Source of the DNA: a virus
Taxonomy: Duplodnaviria; Caudoviricetes
Strand: one strand, 5' to 3'
DNA: 25,543 bases
Virus record (IMG/VR): IMGVR_UViG_3300032332_001381
Location: 1 to 25,543 of that record
Shown here: one piece after another, positions 8,351 to 19,700 of the stretch
Layout of the letters: every line of letters starts with the position of its first letter
How positions within the stretch are numbered: position 1 is the first letter of the stretch
Program-made: the position numbers and the translations under genes
The notes under the pieces: model-generated
What the model saw: only the letters and a program-made list of their open reading frames with translations
What the model was told of the DNA's origin: nothing
Databases searched by the model: none

Positions 8351-10422
8351 TGGCATCAAATACAAATATACAAGTAGCTAATCTAGATTTTGCGGATATT
8401 AAGCAGAATTTCATTAACTATTTGCAGTCTCAGGAAGCATTCAAGGATTATAATTTTACAGGATCAAGTCTATCTGTCTTGTTGGATGTTCTTGCTTACA
8501 ATACACAATACAATGCTTTCTACTTAAATATGGTAGCAAATGAAATGTTTTTGGATTCAGCGTTACAACGTTCTTCTGTAGTATCTCACGCAAAATTAAT
8601 GAATTATGTTCCAAAATCTGCAATTGCACCTATTGCAAAAATTGATATGTCATTCAATGGAGTAACAACCACCACATTTACTATTCCAAAATATACAAAT
8701 TTTCTTTCAGAACCTATTAATAATGCAAATTACAATTATGTAACAATAACCGACACAACAGTTAATGTCATAGGCAATGTTGCATCATTTTCAAATATAG
8801 AAATAAAACAAGGAAGACCCGCAAGTTATAACTTTACGGTCAATTCCACATCAAATCCAAATTACATATTTGAAATACCAGATACAAATATTGATTCAAC
8901 AACATTATCTGTATCTGTACAACAATCTTCTTCCAATAGTTATTATGATGTATATAATCTTCAAACAAGTTATTTGGAATTAGGACCAACAGATAAAGTT
9001 TATTTTATCCAAGAAGCAGTTAATGGAAATTATCAAATTTATTTTGGTGATGGTATTTTGGGTCAACAATTGTCTGATGGAAATATTGTAAATGTTTCTT
9101 ATATTTCCACTGATGGAATAAAAGGTGGTTTGGCAAATAATTTTATTTTAATGGATAACATTGGTAGTTATGCTAGTACAACAATAACACCTAAGTCAGC
9201 CGCTACTACAGGAAAAAATAAAGAATCTATTTCTTCAATCAAGTTCCAAGCACCAAAAGCTTTTGCTTCACAGGGACGCGCAGTAAGTAAGAATGATTAT
9301 ATTACAGCAGTCCAACAAAATTCTTTAGGTATTTCTTTTGATGCAGTATCTGTTTGGGGTGGAGAAGAAAATGTTCCTCCTGTTTACGGCCAAGTTTTTA
9401 TTGCAATGAAACCGGCTGGCGCATATGATTTGACATTAAACCAAAAAGAACTAATCCTATCTCAGGTGCTCAAACCGATTAGTGTTATGACAGTAGAACC
9501 AGTTATTGTCAATCCTGATTATAATTATATCCAAGTAACTGCAAATGTGGTATACAATTCTTCAAAGACAGCTTCAACAGCCGGAACATTACAGGTTGGA
9601 ATAAGAAATTCAATATACAATTATTCCACAACAAATCTAAACACTTTTAATTCCACATTTAGTGCATATGATTTATTGAGTACGATTAACTCTTATGATA
9701 AATCAATTGTTTCTTCCGATTTCACAATTAACATCCAAAAGAAATTCTATCCAACACTTGGAACATCAACAGATTATAATCTTTATTTTAATAGTTCTTT
9801 AAAACGTGGTTTATATGGAACATCTTTGGTTAGTTATCCGGGAGTAACAATACCAAATCCAAGCAACTCAGCATCAATATTAACCGGTGTTTATTTTGAA
9901 GAAGTTCCAACTTCAACTGTTGGTGTAGATTCAATTTCAGTAATTAGTACAGGTTATAACTATTCTGGAACACCAACGGTAGTTATTACAGGTGATGGAA
10001 CTGGTGCAACCGCTACTGCCAAAATCGTCAACAACAAGCTTTATTCAGTCACCGTAACGAATGCCGGAATTAATTATACATCTGCACTAGCTACAATTGT
10101 TCCAGCTGATGGAGACACAACAGGCACAGGTGCAACAGTAGTTGTAAAATTACAAGGACAGTATGGAATAATAAGAAGTTATTACAATGATGCTGTGAAA
10201 GGTAAGATTATAGTTTTAAATAATGCTGGTACAATTGATTATACAAATGGTATTGTTGTATTATCTAACTTTAATCCTATTTCAGTAAGTAATGATTTAG
10301 GGCAGTTAACTATCTCTGCACAACCAACAACAACAATCATTTCTTCTTCATTAAATAGAATAATTACAATTGACCCATATGATCCAAATGCTGTAAGTGT
10401 TTCTGTTAACGCTAAGAACTAA
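8350..10422 (+). CDS. gp6: Baseplate wedge subunit (T4 gp6-like)
   Basis: 690 aa. LDFADIK, FKDYNFTGS.LSVLLDVLAYNT, NEMFLDSA..RSSVVSHAK, FGDG, QGRAVSKNDY, VWGGEEN.PPVYG and GTIDYTNG. Confidence 0.95.
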   Translation: MASNTNIQVANLDFADIKQNFINYLQSQEAFKDYNFTGSSLSVLLDVLAYNTQYNAFYLNMVANEMFLDSALQRSSVVSHAKLMNYVPKSAIAPIAKIDMSFNGVTTTTFTIPKYTNFLSEPINNANYNYVTITDTTVNVIGNVASFSNIEIKQGRPASYNFTVNSTSNPNYIFEIPDTNIDSTTLSVSVQQSSSNSYYDVYNLQTSYLELGPTDKVYFIQEAVNGNYQIYFGDGILGQQLSDGNIVNVSYISTDGIKGGLANNFILMDNIGSYASTTITPKSAATTGKNKESISSIKFQAPKAFASQGRAVSKNDYITAVQQNSLGISFDAVSVWGGEENVPPVYGQVFIAMKPAGAYDLTLNQKELILSQVLKPISVMTVEPVIVNPDYNYIQVTANVVYNSSKTASTAGTLQVGIRNSIYNYSTTNLNTFNSTFSAYDLLSTINSYDKSIVSSDFTINIQKKFYPTLGTSTDYNLYFNSSLKRGLYGTSLVSYPGVTIPNPSNSASILTGVYFEEVPTSTVGVDSISVISTGYNYSGTPTVVITGDGTGATATAKIVNNKLYSVTVTNAGINYTSALATIVPADGDTTGTGATVVVKLQGQYGIIRSYYNDAVKGKIIVLNNAGTIDYTNGIVVLSNFNPISVSNDLGQLTISAQPTTTIISSSLNRIITIDPYDPNAVSVSVNAKN

Positions 10423-10436
10423 GAAAAGTTAATTAA

Positions 10437-13400
10437 ATGATACAAAGCAATCAGAAAACATCATTACTGGTTCCTTACGAACTTCCTAAGTTCATTAGTG
10501 AGGACTCAAACTATGCAAATTTTGTTTTGTTTATCCAAGCGTATTATGAATGGATGGAACAAAAAAATAACACATTAGATTTTAGTAAAAATATTTTGAA
10601 TTACATGGATGTGGACACAACCACAGACCAATTTCTTCAGTATTATATTAACGATTTTCTTTCTTATTTTCCACAAGAAATTTTAGCAGACAAATCAAAA
10701 GCAATTAAAATAGCAAAAGAATTGTATCAAAGCAAGGGCACTCCTGCATCATACAAATTTCTTTTTCGTGTACTCTATAACTCGGATGTAGAATTTCTTT
10801 ATACTAAAGATGTTTTGTTGAAAGCTTCTGCTGGTAAATGGTATATAACTAGAAGTTTAAAATTAGCAACAACTGATAAGAATTTTTTGAACATTCAAAA
10901 CCTTCGTTTATTTGGAAATATATCAAAATCTATTGCAACAGTTGAATCTGCAATTTTTGATGGTGTTAAAACAGAAGTATTCATTTCTAATATTGAAAGA
11001 TTATTTCAATCCGGAGAAACTGTTACTGTTGTCGATGCCAACAATCAGCCCATTTATTTTCTTAATGGAAAAATAGTTGCAAAAGAAGAAACAGGTTCAG
11101 AAACTTTAACCGCTCTAATTGTTGGCCAAATAAGTCAAATTAAAGTTGATCCAAATTATAGAGGTTTATCATACAATACTGATGATCCTGTTGTTTTTTC
11201 TGGAGGTTTAAACGCAAACGTATCTGGTCCGATTGGTGCAACCGCAACAGTGGGTTCTGTAACCTCAGGTTCTATTCAACGTGTTAGTGTTGTGGATGAA
11301 GGATATGGTTATACAACTCCAGAGGCAAATTCACAAATTGGAGGTGCCAATACATATATTAATGTAACTAATTTAGTAGGAAAAAGTCCAAAAGCTCCAA
11401 TAATTACAGTAGGTAGTTTAAATCCAATAGGTAGAGCAAATGTAACATATATTCCCACAGACAGTATTCAACTTAAATTCTATCACTATCTTGGTAATAT
11501 TGCGGGAAGTTCAGGTGCAAACACCTACAATCCAAGTACAGGCCTATGGACGCAACAAAAATATCAATTCGCTAATTTATCCAGTGCTAACGCAAATACA
11601 ACTTTAGCAAATGCATTTACATTTACTTCCTTTTCAACTTTTCCTTTATCGTCTGTTATTGTACAAAACCAAGGCGGCGGAATAACTTCTCCTCCAACAC
11701 TTGAAGCATTATCCGAATATACTACAGACGTTTATTCACAAACAAATCTTGCAAATTTAGGTATTCTTGCACCAATACAAATTACTAGACCCGGTTCAGG
11801 TTATGCAAACAACGATCAAATTGCATTTTTAGGTGGTTCAGGATATGGTGCTTTTGCAAATGTAACTGTAAATAGTACAGGTTCTATTGTTTCTGCAAGT
11901 TATGTAAGTAATTCAACCAATATGATTTCATTGGGTGGAATGGGATACATGAATCAATTGCCGCTTGTGGTAGTAAAACACACAGCAAATGGAAATGTAA
12001 CAGTAAGAAATACAAGTACAGTTGTCACTGGAAACGGCACAAACTTTACTACACAGTTCAGCAATGGCGCTCTCTTAGTAACTAATACAAATATTTTAAT
12101 TGGTACAGTAAAATCTGTTGTAAATGCAAACTCAATGATATTAACCGCAAATGCTTCCATTAACGGAAATGCAAATAGTTATTATCTTGGAACTTCTTTG
12201 TTATCAGTTACAGGAATTTTAGGTAAAGGTGCAACATTCTCACAAACATTGGATCGTGTTGGTTCAATTACAAGTTTCAATATTTTAGACAATGGCCAAG
12301 ATTATATTTCTGCACCAAAAGTTTCATTAAAAGTTCAAGACTTGATAGTTTCCAATGTGTCGGTACTGACTATTCCAACAGCTGGTGATATAATATATCA
12401 AGGTGCAAATATAAACACAGCGACATATATTGCACACGTTGATTCTATTAACGCTTTAGAAAATTTCCTTCCTGCTAATAATAGTATATACCAACTAAGA
12501 GTTTATGATTATAATTCTATTCCAAAGAAATCTTTGCCGTTAAAAGTTGATTCGAAAGGTGCAGCTGCTATTTTAGTTGGTGGCTACACAAATATACACA
12601 ATACAACTTTTGATAATAGCATAACAAATACAAGATTTGATTCTGCAAATGGTATTATAACTTATGGTGATGGATACGCAAGAGCCAATTCAACTTTCTT
12701 AAATGGTTTGGTTATTGGTGATGGACAATACTTAGATACTTCTGGCCAACCAAGTTCGTTTGATGTGTTACAAAGTTTGGACTATAATAACTACACCTAT
12801 CAAATTACTTTGTCAAAAGAGATTGAAAAATATCGTGACATTCTATTGAATTTATTACATCCTACAGGAACAAAAGTAGTTGGTCGTATTGCAATGTCAT
12901 CAAATAACAATATGGATTTTGAATTGACAGACGCATTAGATACTGGTTTTAGATTAAGTTATTATGCAGGTCTTGCTGCAACCGCAACTATTCCTGCCGG
13001 TACTGCAACTAATCCAAGTAACAATATTGTTAAATTTAATAATTTGTATGGTGCTAATGTTTCTGATTTCATTACTGCAAATACTACAGAAATAGTATTC
13101 CATTATGGAACAAATCCAACAGATGCTATCCACGGTCTAGTTATTGCAATAAACAATGCAGCAAATACTGTAACATTGGAAGATAATGTTTGGACATACT
13201 TTGCAAATGTGGCTATAGGTACTGCATCGAATGGTAATAACCAGATAATAAATATATCATCGTTGACATGGAGTTATAACATTGTCAATAATGGAAATTA
13301 TAGTAATACTGCATATCCAATAAAAGATATTATTCGAGTTGGCGATACGATTACAGTTAACGGAGTTGCTCAGACAGTAACAACATTTGCTGTACCTTAT

Positions 13401-13592
13401 AATTCCGTTACCTTGAGTGGACCATTAACAAGTGGCGCGAATGGTTACATTTCTGTAGGCAGAAGTATGACTTCTTTATATAACAATGTACAAATTATTG
13501 GACCAGTAGGAACACAATATCTCGCACAACTGGGAACAGAAAATGGCGATATACTAACATCAGAAACCGGCGCTTGGCTACTAATAGGATAA
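10437..13592 (+). CDS. gp7: Baseplate wedge subunit (T4 gp7-like) with inserted beta-sandwich modules
   Basis: 1051 aa following gp6. FIQAYYEWME, LYQSKGTPASYKFLFRVLYN, QSLDYNNYTY and LLHPTGTK. Several GxGY Ig-like repeats. Confidence 0.78.
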   Translation: MIQSNQKTSLLVPYELPKFISEDSNYANFVLFIQAYYEWMEQKNNTLDFSKNILNYMDVDTTTDQFLQYYINDFLSYFPQEILADKSKAIKIAKELYQSKGTPASYKFLFRVLYNSDVEFLYTKDVLLKASAGKWYITRSLKLATTDKNFLNIQNLRLFGNISKSIATVESAIFDGVKTEVFISNIERLFQSGETVTVVDANNQPIYFLNGKIVAKEETGSETLTALIVGQISQIKVDPNYRGLSYNTDDPVVFSGGLNANVSGPIGATATVGSVTSGSIQRVSVVDEGYGYTTPEANSQIGGANTYINVTNLVGKSPKAPIITVGSLNPIGRANVTYIPTDSIQLKFYHYLGNIAGSSGANTYNPSTGLWTQQKYQFANLSSANANTTLANAFTFTSFSTFPLSSVIVQNQGGGITSPPTLEALSEYTTDVYSQTNLANLGILAPIQITRPGSGYANNDQIAFLGGSGYGAFANVTVNSTGSIVSASYVSNSTNMISLGGMGYMNQLPLVVVKHTANGNVTVRNTSTVVTGNGTNFTTQFSNGALLVTNTNILIGTVKSVVNANSMILTANASINGNANSYYLGTSLLSVTGILGKGATFSQTLDRVGSITSFNILDNGQDYISAPKVSLKVQDLIVSNVSVLTIPTAGDIIYQGANINTATYIAHVDSINALENFLPANNSIYQLRVYDYNSIPKKSLPLKVDSKGAAAILVGGYTNIHNTTFDNSITNTRFDSANGIITYGDGYARANSTFLNGLVIGDGQYLDTSGQPSSFDVLQSLDYNNYTYQITLSKEIEKYRDILLNLLHPTGTKVVGRIAMSSNNNMDFELTDALDTGFRLSYYAGLAATATIPAGTATNPSNNIVKFNNLYGANVSDFITANTTEIVFHYGTNPTDAIHGLVIAINNAANTVTLEDNVWTYFANVAIGTASNGNNQIINISSLTWSYNIVNNGNYSNTAYPIKDIIRVGDTITVNGVAQTVTTFAVPYNSVTLSGPLTSGANGYISVGRSMTSLYNNVQIIGPVGTQYLAQLGTENGDILTSETGAWLLIG

Positions 13593-13595
13593 AAA

Positions 13596-15299
13596 ATGTC
13601 AACAATTAAAATTTCAGAGTTACCAAAATTTACAACAATCAATGCAAATACATCTAATACGTTGTTTGTTGGTATTGATATTCCTTCTGCACAGACATTC
13701 CAATTTTCTGCTGGCACATTAGCAGAAGGTTTATTTGCGAATACTGCGCTTGTTGTGGGTAACAATAGAATTGTTTATCCATCAACAACTGCACAATTCT
13801 CAGGTGTTGCTAACGGTTATTTACAACTTAATTTACAAAATTTTGCAAATGGAATTTATTCTTCTTCCGATTTTGTAGCTTCAACCATAGATTCAGACAA
13901 CTCAACTAAATTTATTGACATGGGTATTGATGGCCCATTGTATAATGATCCAGTCAATTATGCTGCATTTAAACCATATGATGGTTATCTTTATGTTCAT
14001 GGACCAAGCGATAACAGTCCACAAGGAAACTTAATTCTAGGTACAGCATCATCTAACGCAATCATTAAGTTTATGGTTGGCGGAACCATGAATGGGAATA
14101 TTGCTGGATGGATGACAAAGACTGGTCTTAAATTAAATACACAATCTTACATCACTTTTTCAGATAATACTCTCCAATCGACTGCGGCCGCACCTTATGC
14201 AGATTCTAATGGAGTTAATTTAACTCAAAATACCAATATAACTTCGGCATTTACACAAGCAAATTCAGCATTCACAAAAGCAAACAATGCGCTGGCGAAT
14301 ACTACAGGTACATTTGCTGGTAATTTGACTATTACGGGCGCAGTTGTTGCCAGTTCAGGTAATATTGGTAGTATAACAATTGCAAACAATTCAATTTATT
14401 CTGCATTAACTTCTGTTGATATGACTATTGGCCAATCTTCAGCCACAGCCAATTTAGTTATCAATCGTACAACAAACATCACTAAAGACATTAATGTAAC
14501 AGGAAATCTTGTAACTAATGGAACATTTATTGATTTCAATAATACAACTTTTGATGCAAATACTGCACTTGTGCAGATAACAGGAACAACGGCCGCTTTT
14601 CCGGCATCAAATACAAACTACATGTTACAGATTACAGGTAAAGCAAATACTGTAACCCGTTTAGTATTGGATAGTTTTGGTCAGAATACATATCCTGTTG
14701 TAGTTGGTCGTATGGGCCGTGGTTCTTCTTTACTACCTGCCGCAGTGGCAAACAATGATGTTATGATGAGAATTGTTGGTAATGGTTATACCGGAACACA
14801 ATTTCCAGGATCTAGTCCAACTAAGATTGATTTTGTTGCAGCTGAAAATTTTACAGATTCCGCAAGAGGAACACGTATTGATTTTTATAATACACCAGTA
14901 GGATCAAATGTAATTACAAGAATTGCATCATTTAATGCCGATAGTGTTACATTTACCGGTCACGTTGAACCGCAAAAAGGATTCATCTATACACCAACAG
15001 TGTATCCCGGTGCTCAAACAGCAATAACAATCGACCATGCAAATAACTCTGTCATTAGAGCTCAAACTTCATCAGGTTTAACTGTTACTCTCTCTAATTT
15101 ATTGGCCGGCAAAGAAGTTGTTGCATGGATTACAAATACTTCTGGTTTCTCACAAACTTTTACACACGGCCTATCTGCAATCAATTCAACATTAAATGCA
15201 ACAACTTATAGTATTCCATCAACGTCAACCATCCTAGTTAGATATATGTCAATAGATGGAACTTTGCAAAATACTTTGTGTTCTGTCACCCACGCTTAA
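13596..15299 (+). CDS. Probable tail fibre/baseplate-attached adhesin
   Basis: 567 aa. N-terminal KISELP motif, a short AFTQANSAFTKANNALANT coiled coil, then G-x-L-T-I-T-G beta repeats typical of fibre shafts. Confidence 0.62.
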   Translation: MSTIKISELPKFTTINANTSNTLFVGIDIPSAQTFQFSAGTLAEGLFANTALVVGNNRIVYPSTTAQFSGVANGYLQLNLQNFANGIYSSSDFVASTIDSDNSTKFIDMGIDGPLYNDPVNYAAFKPYDGYLYVHGPSDNSPQGNLILGTASSNAIIKFMVGGTMNGNIAGWMTKTGLKLNTQSYITFSDNTLQSTAAAPYADSNGVNLTQNTNITSAFTQANSAFTKANNALANTTGTFAGNLTITGAVVASSGNIGSITIANNSIYSALTSVDMTIGQSSATANLVINRTTNITKDINVTGNLVTNGTFIDFNNTTFDANTALVQITGTTAAFPASNTNYMLQITGKANTVTRLVLDSFGQNTYPVVVGRMGRGSSLLPAAVANNDVMMRIVGNGYTGTQFPGSSPTKIDFVAAENFTDSARGTRIDFYNTPVGSNVITRIASFNADSVTFTGHVEPQKGFIYTPTVYPGAQTAITIDHANNSVIRAQTSSGLTVTLSNLLAGKEVVAWITNTSGFSQTFTHGLSAINSTLNATTYSIPSTSTILVRYMSIDGTLQNTLCSVTHA

Positions 15300-15305
15300 T
15301 AAATA
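15298..15305 (+). promoter_or_regulatory. Late promoter-like motif AATAAATA upstream of gp8
   Basis: AATAAATA-AATC-ATG at the gene junction. Confidence 0.6.
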
Positions 15306-15309
15306 AATC

Positions 15310-16734
15310 ATGGTACCAAATCTAAACACACTCACAAACCACGCAAAAGTAATCAGAGTTGAAACGGATTATTATAATCCGACAGCAAAAGTTTACGGAA
15401 ATCCAATTGGCTCAATATATGCTTTTATTGGCCAAGAAGATTCATGGCCTCTAATAAACTCAGTAGAAACTCCCACAAAACCTACAGAAGACCAAGCATA
15501 TTTGAAAAAAGTTTTTAAAAATATTTTTGCGGTTAAGTTGATTAACAACAATAATGTTTCTCCAGTTATTTCCAGAATTAATTGGGCCAACAATAAAAAT
15601 TATTTTGCATATTCAGATAATGTCAATATGAATGCAAAAGATAATTCTGGATTTCCACTTTATAATTTTTACATAAAGAACCGTTACGACCAAGTTTTCA
15701 AATGCTTGGCAAATAATAACGGAGGTTTATCTACAACTGAACCATATTTTCAACCAGGTTCTTATGGAACAAATAACATTTATCAAGGTAACGACCTTTA
15801 CAAATGGAAATATATGTATACCATTGATGCCGGCCTCAAGAAAAACTTCTTAGATACTGATTGGATGCCTGTTCCTGTTGGTGCAAATACACCTCAACCA
15901 TATCTGACTAGAGCAGGATACGGAGACATTGAGGTAATCAATGTGGTGAACGGAGGTTCAGGTTATGATGCTGTCAACACCTATATTGTTGTTTCTGTGA
16001 CAGGAGATGGTGTTGGAGTTATTGCCAACGTCACAAGTTCAGAAGTAACAGATGGAGTTATTAAAGATATCATTATAAAATCGGGTTATTCTGGTAAAAA
16101 TTACACTTATGCTAATGTGGCAATAACGGCTTATACGTCAGCAAATCTATCATATGTCTCACCAAATGGTACCGGAGCAACTGCCGTAGCACCAGTTTCT
16201 CCTGTTGGCGGTCATTCATATGATGTAATTTCCGAATTAGGTTGCAATCATATCATGTATACGGCTGAATTTAATGGCACTGAAGGAGGTATTATTCCAA
16301 CAACCGGTGTAAATTATCGCCAAGTTGGAATACTTGTTAATCCTCAGATTTATGGTCCATCAGGACCAATTCTTGCAAACGGCGCAATATATAACACAAC
16401 CACACAATTCCTACTTTCTTCTGGCGGAGGAAATGTGTATAGTTCAGATGAAATTGTTCAACAAAAAGACTCAAACGGAAATGTTACATATTATGGAACA
16501 GTTTTAAACTTTAACACATCAAGTAATCTTTTACAGTTAATAAATACTATTGGAACATATACAGTTGGCCAGTCAATTATTGGCGCAACTTCAGGGGCTT
16601 CGAGAGTAGTACTTTCCGTAACTGAACCCACCCTTATTCCTTTTTCAGGATATATAACTTATATCGAGAACAGAGTTGGAGTTCAAAGAAGTAGTGATGG
16701 CATCGAACAATTTAAATTTGTACTAGGATACTAA
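15310..16734 (+). CDS. gp8: Baseplate wedge subunit (T4 gp8-like)
   Basis: 474 aa. YAFIG...W, RINW, VFKCLANN..STTEP, YKWKYMYTI, SPVGGH, YRQVGILVNP and SGYITYIENR....R. Confidence 0.88.
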   Translation: MVPNLNTLTNHAKVIRVETDYYNPTAKVYGNPIGSIYAFIGQEDSWPLINSVETPTKPTEDQAYLKKVFKNIFAVKLINNNNVSPVISRINWANNKNYFAYSDNVNMNAKDNSGFPLYNFYIKNRYDQVFKCLANNNGGLSTTEPYFQPGSYGTNNIYQGNDLYKWKYMYTIDAGLKKNFLDTDWMPVPVGANTPQPYLTRAGYGDIEVINVVNGGSGYDAVNTYIVVSVTGDGVGVIANVTSSEVTDGVIKDIIIKSGYSGKNYTYANVAITAYTSANLSYVSPNGTGATAVAPVSPVGGHSYDVISELGCNHIMYTAEFNGTEGGIIPTTGVNYRQVGILVNPQIYGPSGPILANGAIYNTTTQFLLSSGGGNVYSSDEIVQQKDSNGNVTYYGTVLNFNTSSNLLQLINTIGTYTVGQSIIGATSGASRVVLSVTEPTLIPFSGYITYIENRVGVQRSSDGIEQFKFVLGY

Positions 16735-16743
16735 AGGAAAAAA

Positions 16744-19700
16744 ATGGCTTTAAATTTCAATGTTGGTCCTTATTTTGACGATTTTGACCCATCAAAAAAC
16801 TTCCACCGCATACTTTTTAAACCAGGTTCTGCGGTTCAAGCTCGTGAATTAACACAATCTCAAACAATTCTGCAAAATCAAATATCAAATTTTGCCTCTG
16901 CGATTTATTCTACAAACACTCCAGTCTCTGGTGGTAAAGTTACAATTAATCAAAATTGTTATTATATTAAATTGAATAACACATACAATGGCGCTACAGT
17001 TACAGCATCCAATTTTAATGGTGCTATTATTCAAGATACAACGGGAACAATTCTTGCTAAAGTTCTCGCAACTGCCGAAACAACTTCAAGTGGTACAACG
17101 GTTGGCGATCCACCAACCTTAATTGTTTCTTATTTGTCTGGTAACCAATTTATCGATGGAAGTGTTATTACCACAACAGAAGGAACAACTTATTACGCTT
17201 CGGTTGCATCTTCTACTGCATCTTCTACATCTACAGGTGTATCATCTGTTGCATCTATTTCTGATGGTGTTTTTTATGTTGTCAATGGTTATTCACTTTC
17301 TGATATAACAGGAATAAAATATTCAATTGGAAATTTTGTTCAAGTTGATCCGCAAACTATTATTTTAGACAAATATGATGCGGCTCCTTCCTACCGTGTT
17401 GGTCTTCAAATAACTGAGACAATTTATGATTATATAAATGATTCTTCTTTATTGGATCCAGCAATTGGCGCATCTAATTATCAAGCTCCTGGAGCAGACC
17501 GATATGTTATTACATTAACTCTAATTACACTGCCTTTAACTTTAGGTAATGATGATGGTTTCATTGAGTTGGTTCGCATCGAAAAAGGAAACATAATTAA
17601 GCAAGTTGATGGCACCGTATATTCAACAATTGATGATTATTTTGCAAAACGTGACTATGAAACAAATGGCGATTATATTGTCGAAGATTTTAAATTAACT
17701 TCTTCAGCAAACACATCATCCACTTCAACATATGATTTGAGTGTTAGTAAAGGGATTGCGTATGTTCATGGTTACAGGGTAGAAAACCAAAGTCCAGTAA
17801 AACTTACAAACGATAGAGCGCAATCAGTTGCAAATGTAAATAATAATGCAATTTATGTGGATTATGGAAATTATTATGTTGTTGACACAGCCAATGGTGT
17901 GTTTGATATTTCTACAATGCCGCAAGTTGATTTACATTGTGTTGGTGCATCAAGTATAGTTTCTACAAATAATAAAACTTATTCTTCAACACTAGTTGGT
18001 ACCGCTTTTATGCGTTACATAACATATGTTTCAGGAACAGGAACAAATACAAAAACATACATTTATAATGCTCATATTTCAGATTTTTCTGCAAATACAC
18101 TATCTGGTAATGTTGCATCAGGTACAACAAATTCATTCACAATTAGTGATACAAATGGTTCATTCTCTGCTGTAGCCAATGCTTACTTCAATGTTACTGT
18201 AACTGTAAATACGGGAGGCCTTGTTGATATACGAAATATTACAAATTACACAACAGGAAAACAAGCTTATGTAGATAATCCATTTACTGTTACTCCAACT
18301 TCAAGTTCAACTTTCTCACTAAATTTTGAAAAATATGATGTAGATTCTATTGTTAAAACTGCTGGTTCAGGATCATATGCTTTAATTGCAAACGCAAACA
18401 TTAATTCTGCATCAGGTAAAGTTAATGGTTTAGGAACTTCCGATACAATATATTTCAGCACAACGCCGCCAGAATTAATATTCCAAGTTGGTTATCCTTA
18501 TGTTGCACAATTGACATCCACATCATACTACACACAAAGAGTATATCGTCAAAAATCTTTTACAGGTAGTACACTTACAATCCAATCAACATCAGGCAAC
18601 TCAAGTAATCCATTAAAATTTGAAGGATCAGGTACACTATCAGGTTCAGCCGCAGAACAATTGTTTATTGTTATTGACAATTCAACAGGTAGTATTTTGG
18701 ATTTTACCACATCAGGTAATACAATTTCAATTTCTTCAGATAAGACGCAAGCGACATTTACTGTTGGTGCAGGTGTTGCAACTAACAAAAATGTTACAAT
18801 TATTGCACAAGTCCAAGCAAGCAGCGCAGATTCTTCAAGTTATGTTCTAAAATCTAAGAGTTTGGTTACGGGTAACACTGCTACTGTTGGATCATTAAGT
18901 TCTATTTCAACAACAAATGTATTACACGATTTATCAAAAGGTCAAATTGCAATTACAAAAACAGGCATTTCATCTTCTGAAAAAATGTCATTGTATGTGA
19001 ATGACGTTAAACGAATTTTGAAAATTATTGATTCAGGTGTTGCAGGAACAAATCCAACAGGTACAATATCAAATTATACAGACATTACAAGTTATTTTAC
19101 ACTCGATAATGGTCAACGTGACACATATTATGACCATGCTTCAATTTCTTTGGTTCCTGGTGCACCAACACCTGTCGGTAATATTCTTGTTATTGTAGAG
19201 TATTACTCTCACACACAAGGATCATCAGGTGATGGTTATTTCAGTATTCAATCATATAATACATCAGGTTCTACTTATGGTGGTGTGTCTTCGGCCGCAG
19301 AATCTTATGCACAAATTGGAACATATACATCTAAATCTGGAACTCAATATAAATTAAGAGATTGTATTGATTTTAGGCCTTGTCGTGTAAATTCTCAAAC
19401 AGCACTTATCTGGGAATATTCAGGATCACAAACAACCACAAATGACATTGGTATATTGTTACCAAATAACTTAACAAACTTCACAGGTTTCTATCAGTAT
19501 TATTTGGGAAGAAAAGATAAATTATTATTAACTAAGGACAGAAGTTTACAAATTGTTCAAGGAACACCTTCTGTAAATCCTTTATTGCCAAATGAACCAT
19601 CAGGTTCGTTGGTAATAGCCAACTTAACACACGATCCATATACCGCTTACGTTCCAGGTGAAGCACCAGCAGGAACAACTTCAAATCTTTCAATCAATAA

